Shown: positions 40,165 to 49,177 of the stretch, piece by piece | Numbering within the stretch: the first letter of the stretch is position 1 | How the letters are laid out: every line of letters begins with the position of its first letter | Assembly (NCBI GenBank): GCA_964474825.1 | Contig: CAYYWQ010000001.1 | Coordinates: 1,130,184 to 1,194,183 of the forward strand | Direction of reading: 5' to 3' | Length of the DNA: 64,000 nucleotides | Source of the DNA: an uncultured Candidatus Saccharibacteria bacterium | Lineage (GTDB): Bacteria > Patescibacteriota > Doudnabacteria > UBA920 | Notes under the pieces: model-generated | Databases searched by the model: none | The model's input: the letters and a program-made list of their open reading frames with translations, nothing else | Told to the model about the DNA's origin: nothing | Program-made: the position numbers and the translations under genes

Positions 40165-40959
40165 TTAAATCCTTTCCGCAAATTTCCGTTTTAAGCAGCT
40201 AAAAATAAAAATGCCCACCAGCAAAAAAAGCAGGGTGTAAAGTATTACCCCTAAAATTATATACAGTTCGGGTGTTCTGCCATAAAGCAAAAGGTCCCGG
40301 GAAGCGGTTAAGAAGTAGTATAGGGGATTAAATAAATTAAAAATAAACAGCCGGTTCTGCCCGCCTATGGTGTAAAAAATCGGTGTGGCAAACCATAACA
40401 GTCTCGCAATAAAAGCCCAAATATTTTCTAAGTCCGTAAAGTAAACAGTCAGGGAAGAAAGTATTAGGGAGGCTCCAAAAGTAAACAGGAAAAAAAATAA
40501 AAAAATCACCACATAAAAAAACAACCCTTTTAAAGGCAAGCCAGAAAAAATCATAAAGCCTGCAAAAACAATAATTTCAAAAAAATGGGAAAAGGAAGCT
40601 TTGAAAGCAGAGGAGCTTACAATGGCCTCTAAAGGAAATCTAATAGATTTAATTACTCCCCGGTGTATGTGTATTGCTTTGGTGGACTCTGTAGTTACGT
40701 ACTGGAAGAAGTTAAACATTATTAAACCCAAAAGCAGGTAAAGAGGGTAGTGCTTTATACCTTCTCCAAGCCTTGCTGAAAAAACCGCCAAAAGAAGGCC
40801 AAAGGTCAGTAGAGGAGCGAGTAAATACCAAAATACTCCCAAAAAACTGCCTTCATTCCGCTCTTTAAATCCGGCCTTGGCCAGTTCAAAGCTTAGGCGG
40901 AGAAAACCTTTCATTTTGTGGGCAGATCCCATATCCGCGGGTTTTAATAAACTCTCCAT
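40165..40959 (-). CDS. Polysaccharide ABC exporter permease (Wzm/TagG-like)
   Basis: GSFLGVFWYLLAPL, FATPIFY, FNPL; six TM segments. Confidence 0.9.
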   Translation of the reverse strand: MESLLKPADMGSAHKMKGFLRLSFELAKAGFKERNEGSFLGVFWYLLAPLLTFGLLLAVFSARLGEGIKHYPLYLLLGLIMFNFFQYVTTESTKAIHIHRGVIKSIRFPLEAIVSSSAFKASFSHFFEIIVFAGFMIFSGLPLKGLFFYVVIFLFFFLFTFGASLILSSLTVYFTDLENIWAFIARLLWFATPIFYTIGGQNRLFIFNLFNPLYYFLTASRDLLLYGRTPELYIILGVILYTLLFLLVGIFIFSCLKRKFAERI

Positions 40960-41007
40960 GATACAATAAAGTATATTGTATTTAACACCTAAAGTGAAAT
41001 TACATAA

Positions 41008-42816
41008 ATGCTCCAGGTTATAGTTGGTGCTATTTTACTTCTTTTCCCATTTTTACTTTTAATAAAATATAAAGACAAAAGCTTGGCTTTTGTTTATATT
41101 TTTTCTTTGTGGCTGGCATTCCATTTGTTTGTTGCTCTGGTAACTCAGCTGCTGCATATTTTTACTTACCCTGTTTTGCTTGGCGCTAATTTAGTTTTAG
41201 CCGGGGCGGTTTTAGGGGTAATGCGGTCTTCTTGGGTCAAGCCAAAGCTTTTTCCCGCTGAGTTCCTAAAAAATAATTGGGCGCCGCTTTTTGCCCTGGC
41301 CCTGGCTTTTATTTGTCTTTATTCTGTCCACTATAATTATTCTGGAAAATACAGTGTGGTTGGTACATCTGAATATAAGGAAGTTAAAAATATGAAGTAT
41401 GAGTATCCTTATTTTGCAGACGAGTGGTATTCCGCAGCCTTTATAAAAGATTCAATAAGCTCCCGTTCATTGCCAGTTAGAAATCCGCTGACAAAACTTA
41501 AGTTGCCTTTTGTAAATTTTGAAATTGCTTTCCATTCATTTTTGTCCGGTTTGTTTTTGCTTTTAGGTGTAGAGCCGCTTACGACTTACCCGGTCATAAG
41601 TTTAATTTTTAATTTGGTTATTTGCGGTTTAATTTATCTATTCCTCAGAAGGAATAACATTGGGAAAAAGGCCGCGGCAATTTGTGGTCTTCTTGCTCTG
41701 TATATTACAAACGGCAGCAACCTCCCCGGACTGTGGACACTTATTCCTTTCACCTTAGGAATTATTTCAATTTTACTTGGGTTTATTTTTTTAAGTTCCG
41801 GCAAAAAAATGGAGGCTTTGCTTACAGCGGTCTTGGTCCTTTTATTTTACCCGCCGTTTTTCCCTTTTTATACTTTAATGATTATTTTATTTTTGTTGTT
41901 TTCTAAAAATTTGAGCACCAAAGAAAAAATTAATGACGCTGCCTATTATTTTTCCATCTGCCTTGTTATCGGCTTTCTTGTCTCACTTGCTCACTTTGCG
42001 GCGGGCAAGGGAACCACAGGCGCCCTCAACGAAATATTTTCCAAAATATTTTACCAAACTCTAACAGTGCCTTATAATCCTAATTTTCCTATATTATCAG
42101 TCGTGCCCTACTTGGCTTTGCTTTTACTGCCCTTTGGAATTTACTCCGCGACAAAAAAGCATATTTGGCTGGCCGCCAGTGTTTTTTTAGGGCTGGCTTT
42201 TTGGATATTTTATTCCCTTTCTACCTTCCGGGTATTTATAGAATATGAACGCGTAGTAATTTTAACTTCAATATTAATAGTTATAGTAGCGGGATTTGGG
42301 CTGGAGTATTTGGCCGGACTGCTTAAAAGAGTTAGATTTTTTAGGGGAAATAGCTACGTTGAATATTTGCTTTCGGCAGTACTGATTTGTTTTTTATTTT
42401 TTACTTTTAATTATACCAACAGAGATTCCTGGAAGAATTTTACTACAGACGCGGCAGCAGACGGCGAGTTTTTAATTCCTTTGGCCGTGGCTAATAATTA
42501 TTTGGTTCTAGATGACTTAGAAGTTTTTAAAAATATTCATAATAAAATTTTCTTAAGCTTGCCTTGGAAGGGAACAGTCTTGGGAGTTGCTACTAACAAT
42601 TACCCGGCCAGCATAAAAACCGGCACCATTGGGATTTATCCATATTTAGGGAAGCAGTTTATGGCCGTAAGTTGCCGTGAAAAAAGCCTGCTGGCCAAAG
42701 CCTACAGGCTGGATTATGTGTACCTACCAAAATTTACCTGCCCGGAATTTGAATTTGTAAGTAGTAGCGGGGAAGGCTTTTATTTGTACCAATTTAAAAA
42801 GCCCCAGGCCTCTTAA
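41008..42816 (+). CDS. Polytopic membrane protein, possible GT-C-fold glycosyltransferase
   Basis: About 13 hydrophobic segments; early extracytoplasmic loop carrying an acidic DE dyad (PYFADEW); sits in a GT locus with a DPM-like GT2. Confidence 0.55.
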   Translation: MLQVIVGAILLLFPFLLLIKYKDKSLAFVYIFSLWLAFHLFVALVTQLLHIFTYPVLLGANLVLAGAVLGVMRSSWVKPKLFPAEFLKNNWAPLFALALAFICLYSVHYNYSGKYSVVGTSEYKEVKNMKYEYPYFADEWYSAAFIKDSISSRSLPVRNPLTKLKLPFVNFEIAFHSFLSGLFLLLGVEPLTTYPVISLIFNLVICGLIYLFLRRNNIGKKAAAICGLLALYITNGSNLPGLWTLIPFTLGIISILLGFIFLSSGKKMEALLTAVLVLLFYPPFFPFYTLMIILFLLFSKNLSTKEKINDAAYYFSICLVIGFLVSLAHFAAGKGTTGALNEIFSKIFYQTLTVPYNPNFPILSVVPYLALLLLPFGIYSATKKHIWLAASVFLGLAFWIFYSLSTFRVFIEYERVVILTSILIVIVAGFGLEYLAGLLKRVRFFRGNSYVEYLLSAVLICFLFFTFNYTNRDSWKNFTTDAAADGEFLIPLAVANNYLVLDDLEVFKNIHNKIFLSLPWKGTVLGVATNNYPASIKTGTIGIYPYLGKQFMAVSCREKSLLAKAYRLDYVYLPKFTCPEFEFVSSSGEGFYLYQFKKPQAS

Positions 42817-43592
42817 CTTTTCGCCAAAGTTTTTATATATTTTAAAACAATTTCCGCCTGCTCCTTAGGATTTTGCTTGTCGGAATTTAAAGTAACGTGC
42901 GGGTTTTTCGGCGCTTCATAAGGTTTATTTTGGTCTTTAGGGAGTTTGCGCGCAATATATATCCACACCGGTTTTATTAGCCGGTCAATTTTTTGGCGGA
43001 CATTCTTAAATGGGGCAATTACAGAAACAATAACAGGGGACTGTTTGGAAAGAGCCAGCGCGAGTCTGGCAACACGCAGGTTGTGTTCAGTCCTGTCTTG
43101 TTTGGAAAACCCGGCATCTAAAGAAATAGACTGGCGCATCTCATCTCCATCTAAAACCACGCCGCCTATTTTTTCTTTTAGCAGTGAAGCCAGTGTTGTC
43201 TTCCCCGCGCCGCTTTGTCCGGTTATCCAGTAAATAGGGAAGCGCTTTAAATTTTTCTCCCTGGTTTTTGTTCCTGAAATATTTTCTACTTCCGAAGAGA
43301 GTTCTATTTTTCTAATGGCATAACCTACGTCCCTGCCGTAGCAAATTTCGTCTATGTCCGGTATGGTAATAATTTTTACCAGCTCCCCGTATTTTTTTAA
43401 GCTCCGTGAAATAATATTCCAGCGTTCAGCGGTACTGTAAGGGTTGGTGGGGCTAATTTCCGTGTCCCTAATGGCAATGACAACGGGTTTGCCTTTTTTT
43501 AGTACAGTCTCTATTAAGGTAAGGTGGCCTTTATGAAAAGGTTGCCACCTGCCCACGAACAAGCTGGCCGGTTGGATTTGGGGTTTCTTCAT
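42813..43592 (-). CDS. Fusion of an HxGH nucleotidyltransferase domain and an adenylylsulfate kinase (CysC-like) domain
   Basis: N-terminal FVGRWQPFHKGH..YGRDVGY..ISGTKTR; C-terminal WITGQSGAGKTTLA, LDGDEMR, GFSKQDRTEHNLRVA, IAPF, PYEAP. Confidence 0.85.
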   Translation of the reverse strand: MKKPQIQPASLFVGRWQPFHKGHLTLIETVLKKGKPVVIAIRDTEISPTNPYSTAERWNIISRSLKKYGELVKIITIPDIDEICYGRDVGYAIRKIELSSEVENISGTKTREKNLKRFPIYWITGQSGAGKTTLASLLKEKIGGVVLDGDEMRQSISLDAGFSKQDRTEHNLRVARLALALSKQSPVIVSVIAPFKNVRQKIDRLIKPVWIYIARKLPKDQNKPYEAPKNPHVTLNSDKQNPKEQAEIVLKYIKTLAKS

Positions 43593-43719
43593 ATCAAAAA
43601 GTATATCATCTTTATTTTGGATTGTCTTAGCTTAAAAAAATACATTTACAAGGCTGGGATTTTAATTTTAATGGATTATGTGTATAATACTTTAGTATTA
43701 TTAAAATTAATTTTTAACT

Positions 43720-44364
43720 ATGGATATGAACAACAAGTTTCAAAGAGTTTTTATGAAGTGGCTGCCTTTGGCGATTGTCACAATAGTTCTAGCAGGAACA
43801 GTTTATGTGGCGATACAACAGAATTACAGGATGTCTGCCAATGACCCGCAAATTCAGGTGGCGGAAGACGTAGCAGAGGCCATTACCAGTGGTACAGCGG
43901 CTCCGGACAGCATTGTCCCGGCTGCTCCCACCGCGGACATGACCAAAAGCCTTTCCACTTTTTTAATTATTTACAGTGCCAGCGGCACCCCGGTTGGGGG
44001 CTCTGTTGCGCTCGACGGAAAAATCCCAACTCCGCCCGCCGGAGTGTTTGACAACGTAAAAAAACATGGACAGGAACGCTTAACCTGGCAGCCCAAGGCC
44101 GGAGTTAGAATGGCTACGGTTATTGTAAGTTTTGCGGGTCCGGAATCCGGTTATGTGTTAGTGGGTCGTTCTTTGGAAGAAGTGGAAGCCAGAATAATGC
44201 AGCTTGGTTTGTTGGTTGGCCTGGGCACTTTAGTTGCTTTAATTTTAAGTTTTTTGGCTATGTTTTTTATGGCAGGTGCCGGACATGGCCACGCGCATGA
44301 GCATCACCATGACCACGAGGTACCGGGCTTGTCCGGGCATAACCATAATGACTCCGCAGTTTAA
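43720..44364 (+). CDS. Two-TM membrane protein with a sensor-like outer domain and His-rich tail
   Basis: TM - about 125-aa loop (..YVLVGRSL) - TM, then GHGHAHEHHHDHE. Confidence 0.75.
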   Translation: MDMNNKFQRVFMKWLPLAIVTIVLAGTVYVAIQQNYRMSANDPQIQVAEDVAEAITSGTAAPDSIVPAAPTADMTKSLSTFLIIYSASGTPVGGSVALDGKIPTPPAGVFDNVKKHGQERLTWQPKAGVRMATVIVSFAGPESGYVLVGRSLEEVEARIMQLGLLVGLGTLVALILSFLAMFFMAGAGHGHAHEHHHDHEVPGLSGHNHNDSAV

Positions 44365-44525
44365 GAGCTTTTTGAGCTAGTCTTGCCAGGGAAAGCAAAT
44401 TACGCTATAATCCTCTCATCATCTTAATTTAAGTGTCTGCGGCCTAAGAGCCTAGTGTCAGTTAAATTGCAATTTATTTTAAGTAAGAGTGTAAGATGAG
44501 CTCTTAAGTAGAAAGGCCAGATTTC

Positions 44526-44888
44526 ATGGCCAAGAAGTTATTTGTCGGCGGAATTCCGTGGGCAACCACATCCGACGATTTGCAGCAGTTGTTCAGTGCC
44601 CATGGCACAGTTAGCTCTGCGACAGTTATTACGGACAAAATGTCCGGACGCAGCAGAGGTTTTGGATTCGTTGAATTTGAAAACGACGCCGAAGCCGATG
44701 CGGCAACAGCAGCTTTAAACAACAGCCAGTACGGCGGCAGGACTTTGGTAGTCAAAGAAGCCCGTCCTCTGGAAGACCGACCAAAAAGAAGCTTTGGCGG
44801 CGGTGATCGCGGCGGTTACGGTGGTGGACGCGGCGGCAGCGGCGGTTACGGTGGTGGCCATGGCGGCGGTCACAGAGACCAATACTAA
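44526..44888 (+). CDS. RRM RNA-binding protein with Gly-rich tail
   Basis: KLFVGGI (RNP2), RGFGFVEF (RNP1), RGG/YGG tail. Confidence 0.95.
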   Translation: MAKKLFVGGIPWATTSDDLQQLFSAHGTVSSATVITDKMSGRSRGFGFVEFENDAEADAATAALNNSQYGGRTLVVKEARPLEDRPKRSFGGGDRGGYGGGRGGSGGYGGGHGGGHRDQY

Positions 44889-44958
44889 TTTTGAGTTTCG
44901 AAAAGCTCTTCCTTCTGGGAGAGCTTTTTTGTTTTAGCAGATATGTTATAATTTCTTT

Positions 44959-45375
44959 ATGCACAGAAGACATAAGCACGACATAATAGTTATATTGGCC
45001 ATGCTTGGTTTTGCGGACACGATTTATTTAACTGTCTACAAGGCTTTGGGAATTGCGGTTCCTTGCGGCCTAACAGGAGGTTGTGAGGCAGTGCTTTCCA
45101 GTAAGTACTCTTCCTTCCTGGGGGTGACTTTGGCAGAGTGGGGGATTGTGTTTTTTGGGGGAATCATTATTGCCGCGCTTTTGGCCAACCATTACGACAA
45201 ATGGCGCAAACTTTTAACAGTGGGTTTGGCTTTGGGCAGCGTTGGTGCCCTGGTTTTTTTGTCCCTGCAATTTTTTGTCATTAAACAAATTTGTGAGTAT
45301 TGCCTGCTAAGTGATTTATTGGTTATTGCCTTACTGATTTTTGATATTAATATAGAACACCGCAGGGAAGTTTAG
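44959..45375 (+). CDS. Vitamin K epoxide reductase (VKOR) family protein
   Basis: C-x5-C..VLSSKYS loop and CEYC active site; four TM helices. Confidence 0.9.
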   Translation: MHRRHKHDIIVILAMLGFADTIYLTVYKALGIAVPCGLTGGCEAVLSSKYSSFLGVTLAEWGIVFFGGIIIAALLANHYDKWRKLLTVGLALGSVGALVFLSLQFFVIKQICEYCLLSDLLVIALLIFDINIEHRREV

Positions 45376-45443
45376 AAGTTTTCGCCAAAATTCCAAATTC
45401 GTGCTATACTGTTTGAAAGTTTAAAACACCTGAAACAAAAAAA

Positions 45444-45761
45444 ATGTTGACTAATCTTATAACCTATTTTTGGATTGCCTTAGCCTTACTCGCCGTTGGG
45501 AGTATTTATTTAATTGCCGAAGGTTACAAGGTCCATAAATTGTTCGCCGACTCCATTGTCGGCAAACTTGTCAAAGCCCTGGTGGTTGTATTTTTAATTG
45601 AGCTCTACAGTTTGGGAATAGTTTGTTTTGCCTTCCTGACCTTTTATAAAAAAGGCATATGGGTTTTGTTTCCTATAGTTTTGCTTTGGATGGTTTGCCT
45701 TTTGTTCGCAATTTTTGCAATTCGTTCCGCAAAAAAACAAGTTACAAGTTTGGTTAAATAA
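45444..45761 (+). CDS. Hypothetical 3-TM protein
   Basis: Hydrophobic 105-aa ORF with an upstream TGcTATACT -10. Confidence 0.7.
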   Translation: MLTNLITYFWIALALLAVGSIYLIAEGYKVHKLFADSIVGKLVKALVVVFLIELYSLGIVCFAFLTFYKKGIWVLFPIVLLWMVCLLFAIFAIRSAKKQVTSLVK

Positions 45762-45785
45762 TTTTTATAATTAAATTTTTTTACT

Positions 45786-45971
45786 ATGGCAAATATGCAG
45801 TCAGCGCAGTTCTCTAAACCAGAGGCCTATGACCCTCGCTGGTTCATTTGGACAATTGTCTTCTTGATTGTTACGGGCATTTCCTTGGTCAGCTATATTA
45901 TGCTCAGCGATACAAGCTCGGCAGACGATGGCTCCACACCAACTCACCGTACCACAACACAACAAAAATAG
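45786..45971 (+). CDS. Small single-TM protein
   Basis: 61-aa ORF followed by a terminator (AATCAAGCCGAC..GTCGGCTTGATT). Confidence 0.6.
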   Translation: MANMQSAQFSKPEAYDPRWFIWTIVFLIVTGISLVSYIMLSDTSSADDGSTPTHRTTTQQK

Positions 45972-46228
45972 TTTTTTAGAAATAAATCAAGCCGACATAA
46001 AGTCGGCTTGATTTATTTTTGTAGATGTGCTATAATACATATAGTGAAATTCATAAATCAGTGCCAAAATAGCATTGGTTTTGCAGAAACAAAAAAATTT
46101 ACCCACCTGAAATTTTGAGTGTTTGAGTGAAAGTAGACAAAGGGCTTTTTATATATAGCAAAATGTGGAATTAAATCCTTTTTGTTGTATACATTCTCAA
46201 AATCTTGGTGGGCAAGAACAAAAACACA

Positions 46229-47479
46229 ATGGAATATTTGTTAAGAGCAATACAGCTTCCCAATATTAGCTTGCGTCGCGCCGGCGATTTTTGTTTTGCA
46301 GGGCTGCTTCATGTTAAGGATCATGTCATTCCGCACGCGCGGAATAATTATCATCCACATATTTTGGGCGACAGAGCTTTGGGACTTATGTCTATGGTTT
46401 TGGTTGGGGTCAAAATTCTCACTATCGCCCTCTTAACTGCAGGACCAATTCTTCCCGCCTTTTCTTCCGCCATTACCCAAGGCAACATTATTGTTTTAAC
46501 TAATCAATCAAGGCAGGACTTTGGACTTAACAGCCTGTCAGAAAACTCAGTGCTGGATAAAGCAGCGCAGGCCAAAGCAGACGACATGCTGGCCAAGGGT
46601 TACTTTGCCCACGTAACACCAGACGGAAAAACCCCGTGGGATTTTATAAGTTCCGCCGGCTACAATTATTTAATGGCCGGGGAAAATTTGGCAGTTAATT
46701 TTGCGGAAGCAGAAAGCGTGGAAACTGCCTGGATGAACAGCCCGGGACACAAAGCAAATATTTTAAATAAAAATTTTGAACAAATCGGCATTGGCATTTC
46801 ACAAGGAGAGTTTCAGGGGCACTCCGCCATTTTTGTGGTGCAAATGTTCGGCGTGCCGGCGGATCAAAAAATTGCCATTACCAACCAACCCACCAAGGTA
46901 TTAACTGAATCAGTACCTGTCCCGACAAGTCCTACGGCACTTTCCGACATTAAAGGCGCGGCCGTGCAAGTTTCTCCGGAGAAATTAATTATCAGCAATG
47001 CAAGCACCGAGGTTAAGGACGGTCAGTTGCAAATTAGCGCTCATGTTGCCGGCGACCCGGTTAAGGTTTTGGCATACTTTGGCGACAAAGCTGTTATGAT
47101 GTCGCCCCAAACCAGCGGCGCGTGGACGGCACAGGCGGACTTGCAGCAGTTGGCTGCCGGAAATTTAACAGTGCACATTAAAGCTTTTGACATTAAGGAG
47201 CAGACTGCTGACATTCAATTGGCAGATTTCAGCAACGGCACAGTTAGCAATTACAATGTAGTTGCGCCAGTTGACTCTTCTTCAGTAAAAGTCTCCTGGA
47301 TGGGAAAAATTTTCCAGCCAAAGAGCGTGGCCGAGAAATTCTATTTATATTTTATTGCCGGAATTTTAAGCAGTATGATTTTAGCAATTGTCATTAAGCG
47401 CCATATTCAGCACGTTAACCTAATAGCCAATGGGTCCTTCGTTGTAATTTTGGCCAGCTTATTACTAATGGCAAGATAA
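46229..47479 (+). CDS. CAP/SCP-domain membrane protein
   Basis: AAQAKADDM..YFAH, AGENLA, WMNSPGHKANIL, IGIG..VQMFG; C-terminal TMs. Confidence 0.92.
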   Translation: MEYLLRAIQLPNISLRRAGDFCFAGLLHVKDHVIPHARNNYHPHILGDRALGLMSMVLVGVKILTIALLTAGPILPAFSSAITQGNIIVLTNQSRQDFGLNSLSENSVLDKAAQAKADDMLAKGYFAHVTPDGKTPWDFISSAGYNYLMAGENLAVNFAEAESVETAWMNSPGHKANILNKNFEQIGIGISQGEFQGHSAIFVVQMFGVPADQKIAITNQPTKVLTESVPVPTSPTALSDIKGAAVQVSPEKLIISNASTEVKDGQLQISAHVAGDPVKVLAYFGDKAVMMSPQTSGAWTAQADLQQLAAGNLTVHIKAFDIKEQTADIQLADFSNGTVSNYNVVAPVDSSSVKVSWMGKIFQPKSVAEKFYLYFIAGILSSMILAIVIKRHIQHVNLIANGSFVVILASLLLMAR

Positions 47480-47560
47480 AGGCTTGGCAAAATAGAAAAT
47501 TAATACCTAGCCGCCAAAAGTTTGGCGGTTTTTTTGTGGGTGTGGTATATTAAATAGGTA

Positions 47561-49018
47561 ATGAACAACCAGACCCAAACATTGCCCGAAATTTTAAAGG
47601 CCCACCAGAGCTTGGTGGTAGTTGGGGCTAACTGGGGGGACGAAGGCAAGGGCAAGGTTATAGACAAAGTTTTGGGTTTCTACGATGTTGCGGCCCGCTT
47701 TAGCGGCGGAGCCAACGCCGGACATACGGTATTTACCCCGGACGGCAAAAAAATAGTCAGTCATTTAATTCCTTGTGGCCTGGCGCAAAACAAAATTTGC
47801 GTTATGGGCCGCGGGGAATTTTTTAATTTGGATTTGTTTTTAAAGGAACTGGAAGAATCCAAACAAATATTGGGTGGCCAAATTCCGCCTATATTTATAG
47901 ACCAACAGGCACCCCTTTGGACTCCGTATCACCGTTTGTTTGAGGCATATATAGAGCATAGGCGTGGCGCTAAAAAAATTGGCACAACTAACAAAGGCAT
48001 TGGCCCTCTGGAAGGGATTTATAAATTACGCCTTGCTCCGGTTGTTGGGCAGTTATTTGAAAAAGATTTACTTTTAGCTTCCCTTCAGGCTTTGTATAAC
48101 GTACTGCAGCCGTGTTTTGAAAATCCGGATTTTGTAAAAAGCCTTGGCGAGGAAATTCCTTTGCCGGAAAAAGTTTTGGCGGATTTGTCTGAATCATCAG
48201 CGCAAATAAAAGAATTGGTAGCAGATACTTCGTTTTTATTACATCAGCATTTACAAAATGGTAAGAGGGTTCTGTTCGAAGGCGCGCAGGCTACCGGGCT
48301 GGACGCCTGGTGGGGGACTTATCCATTTGTGTCTTCCGGAAATTCTGTAGCGGCTGGAGCTGCTTTAGGTACGGGACTGCCCATGCAAGCTTTTTCAGCC
48401 ACAATTTTAGTGGCGAAAACTTTGCCCACCCGTGTTGGCTTTGGGCCTTTTGTTTCCGAAATGTGGAACCGTGATGAAGCCATGAAGTTTGCCAAAGAAA
48501 ATGGCCAGCTATTTGCAAAAGGAAAAGAGCGCGACGAATATTTATTATCATCTTTGGTAAAAATAAACGGTGGTGGGGCCAGTAACGCCGAACTGTCGCA
48601 ATATTTCCAAGTCCTTGGTGACGAACGGGGGGCTACTACCGGCCGCGGCAGGAGCGTTGGGTTTTTAGACATTCCTTGGTTGCAATACGCCGTTAGAATT
48701 AACCAGCCAAAATGGCTGGCTTTAACGCGGTTTGATATGCTCTCGGGAGTAAAAAGTATTCCGGTTGTTGTGGCTTACAAATACAAGGGCCAAACTTTGC
48801 CGGCCAGCCAATTGCCGCCAACCTGGGAAATGGAAAAAGTTGAACCGGTGTTTGAGCAGTGGGAATGCTTTACCGAAGACATTTCCGGAATGAATGACCA
48901 GGACAAATTACCACAAGGAGCCAAAAAGTTTTTAGAAAAATTAGAATCTCATATCAAGATCCCGGTTTTATTAGTCGGTACCGGTCCGGGCAGGGAAGCA
49001 ATTGTTGTCCGCTCTTGA
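47561..49018 (+). CDS. purA: Adenylosuccinate synthetase
   Basis: WGDEGKGK, GGANAGHT, GTTNKGIGP, EGAQ, TRVG.GPF, GATTGR.R. Confidence 0.95.
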   Translation: MNNQTQTLPEILKAHQSLVVVGANWGDEGKGKVIDKVLGFYDVAARFSGGANAGHTVFTPDGKKIVSHLIPCGLAQNKICVMGRGEFFNLDLFLKELEESKQILGGQIPPIFIDQQAPLWTPYHRLFEAYIEHRRGAKKIGTTNKGIGPLEGIYKLRLAPVVGQLFEKDLLLASLQALYNVLQPCFENPDFVKSLGEEIPLPEKVLADLSESSAQIKELVADTSFLLHQHLQNGKRVLFEGAQATGLDAWWGTYPFVSSGNSVAAGAALGTGLPMQAFSATILVAKTLPTRVGFGPFVSEMWNRDEAMKFAKENGQLFAKGKERDEYLLSSLVKINGGGASNAELSQYFQVLGDERGATTGRGRSVGFLDIPWLQYAVRINQPKWLALTRFDMLSGVKSIPVVVAYKYKGQTLPASQLPPTWEMEKVEPVFEQWECFTEDISGMNDQDKLPQGAKKFLEKLESHIKIPVLLVGTGPGREAIVVRS

Positions 49019-49136
49019 CCCAGTAGAGCTACATGGCAATTAGATATCAAAATAGCTTTGTTGGAATTGGGCCGTTTGTAGTAGAAATAGTCTTTGATAA
49101 GGAACAAATTTGCCATGGGATTGGATTCTACTGGGT
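49018..49136. repeat. MITE/REP-like long imperfect hairpin
   Basis: ACCCAGTAGA..TCTACTGGGT termini with inner pairs CATGGCAA/TTGCCATG and TATCAAA/TTTGATA. Confidence 0.6.
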
Positions 49137-49177
49137 TGACAAAATCATAAAAAAAGACTAACATTTATGAAATATCT

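Noticed and set aside
47480-47560. Purine or ZTP riboswitch before purA (also checked before guaA)
   Set aside because: Only a terminator and a -10 box close to the ATG; no room or motif for an aptamer
48978-49000. SRP-RNA-like motif GGTCCGGGCAGGGAAGCA
   Set aside because: It is the coding sequence for the PurA C-terminal GPGREA, with no surrounding SRP helix
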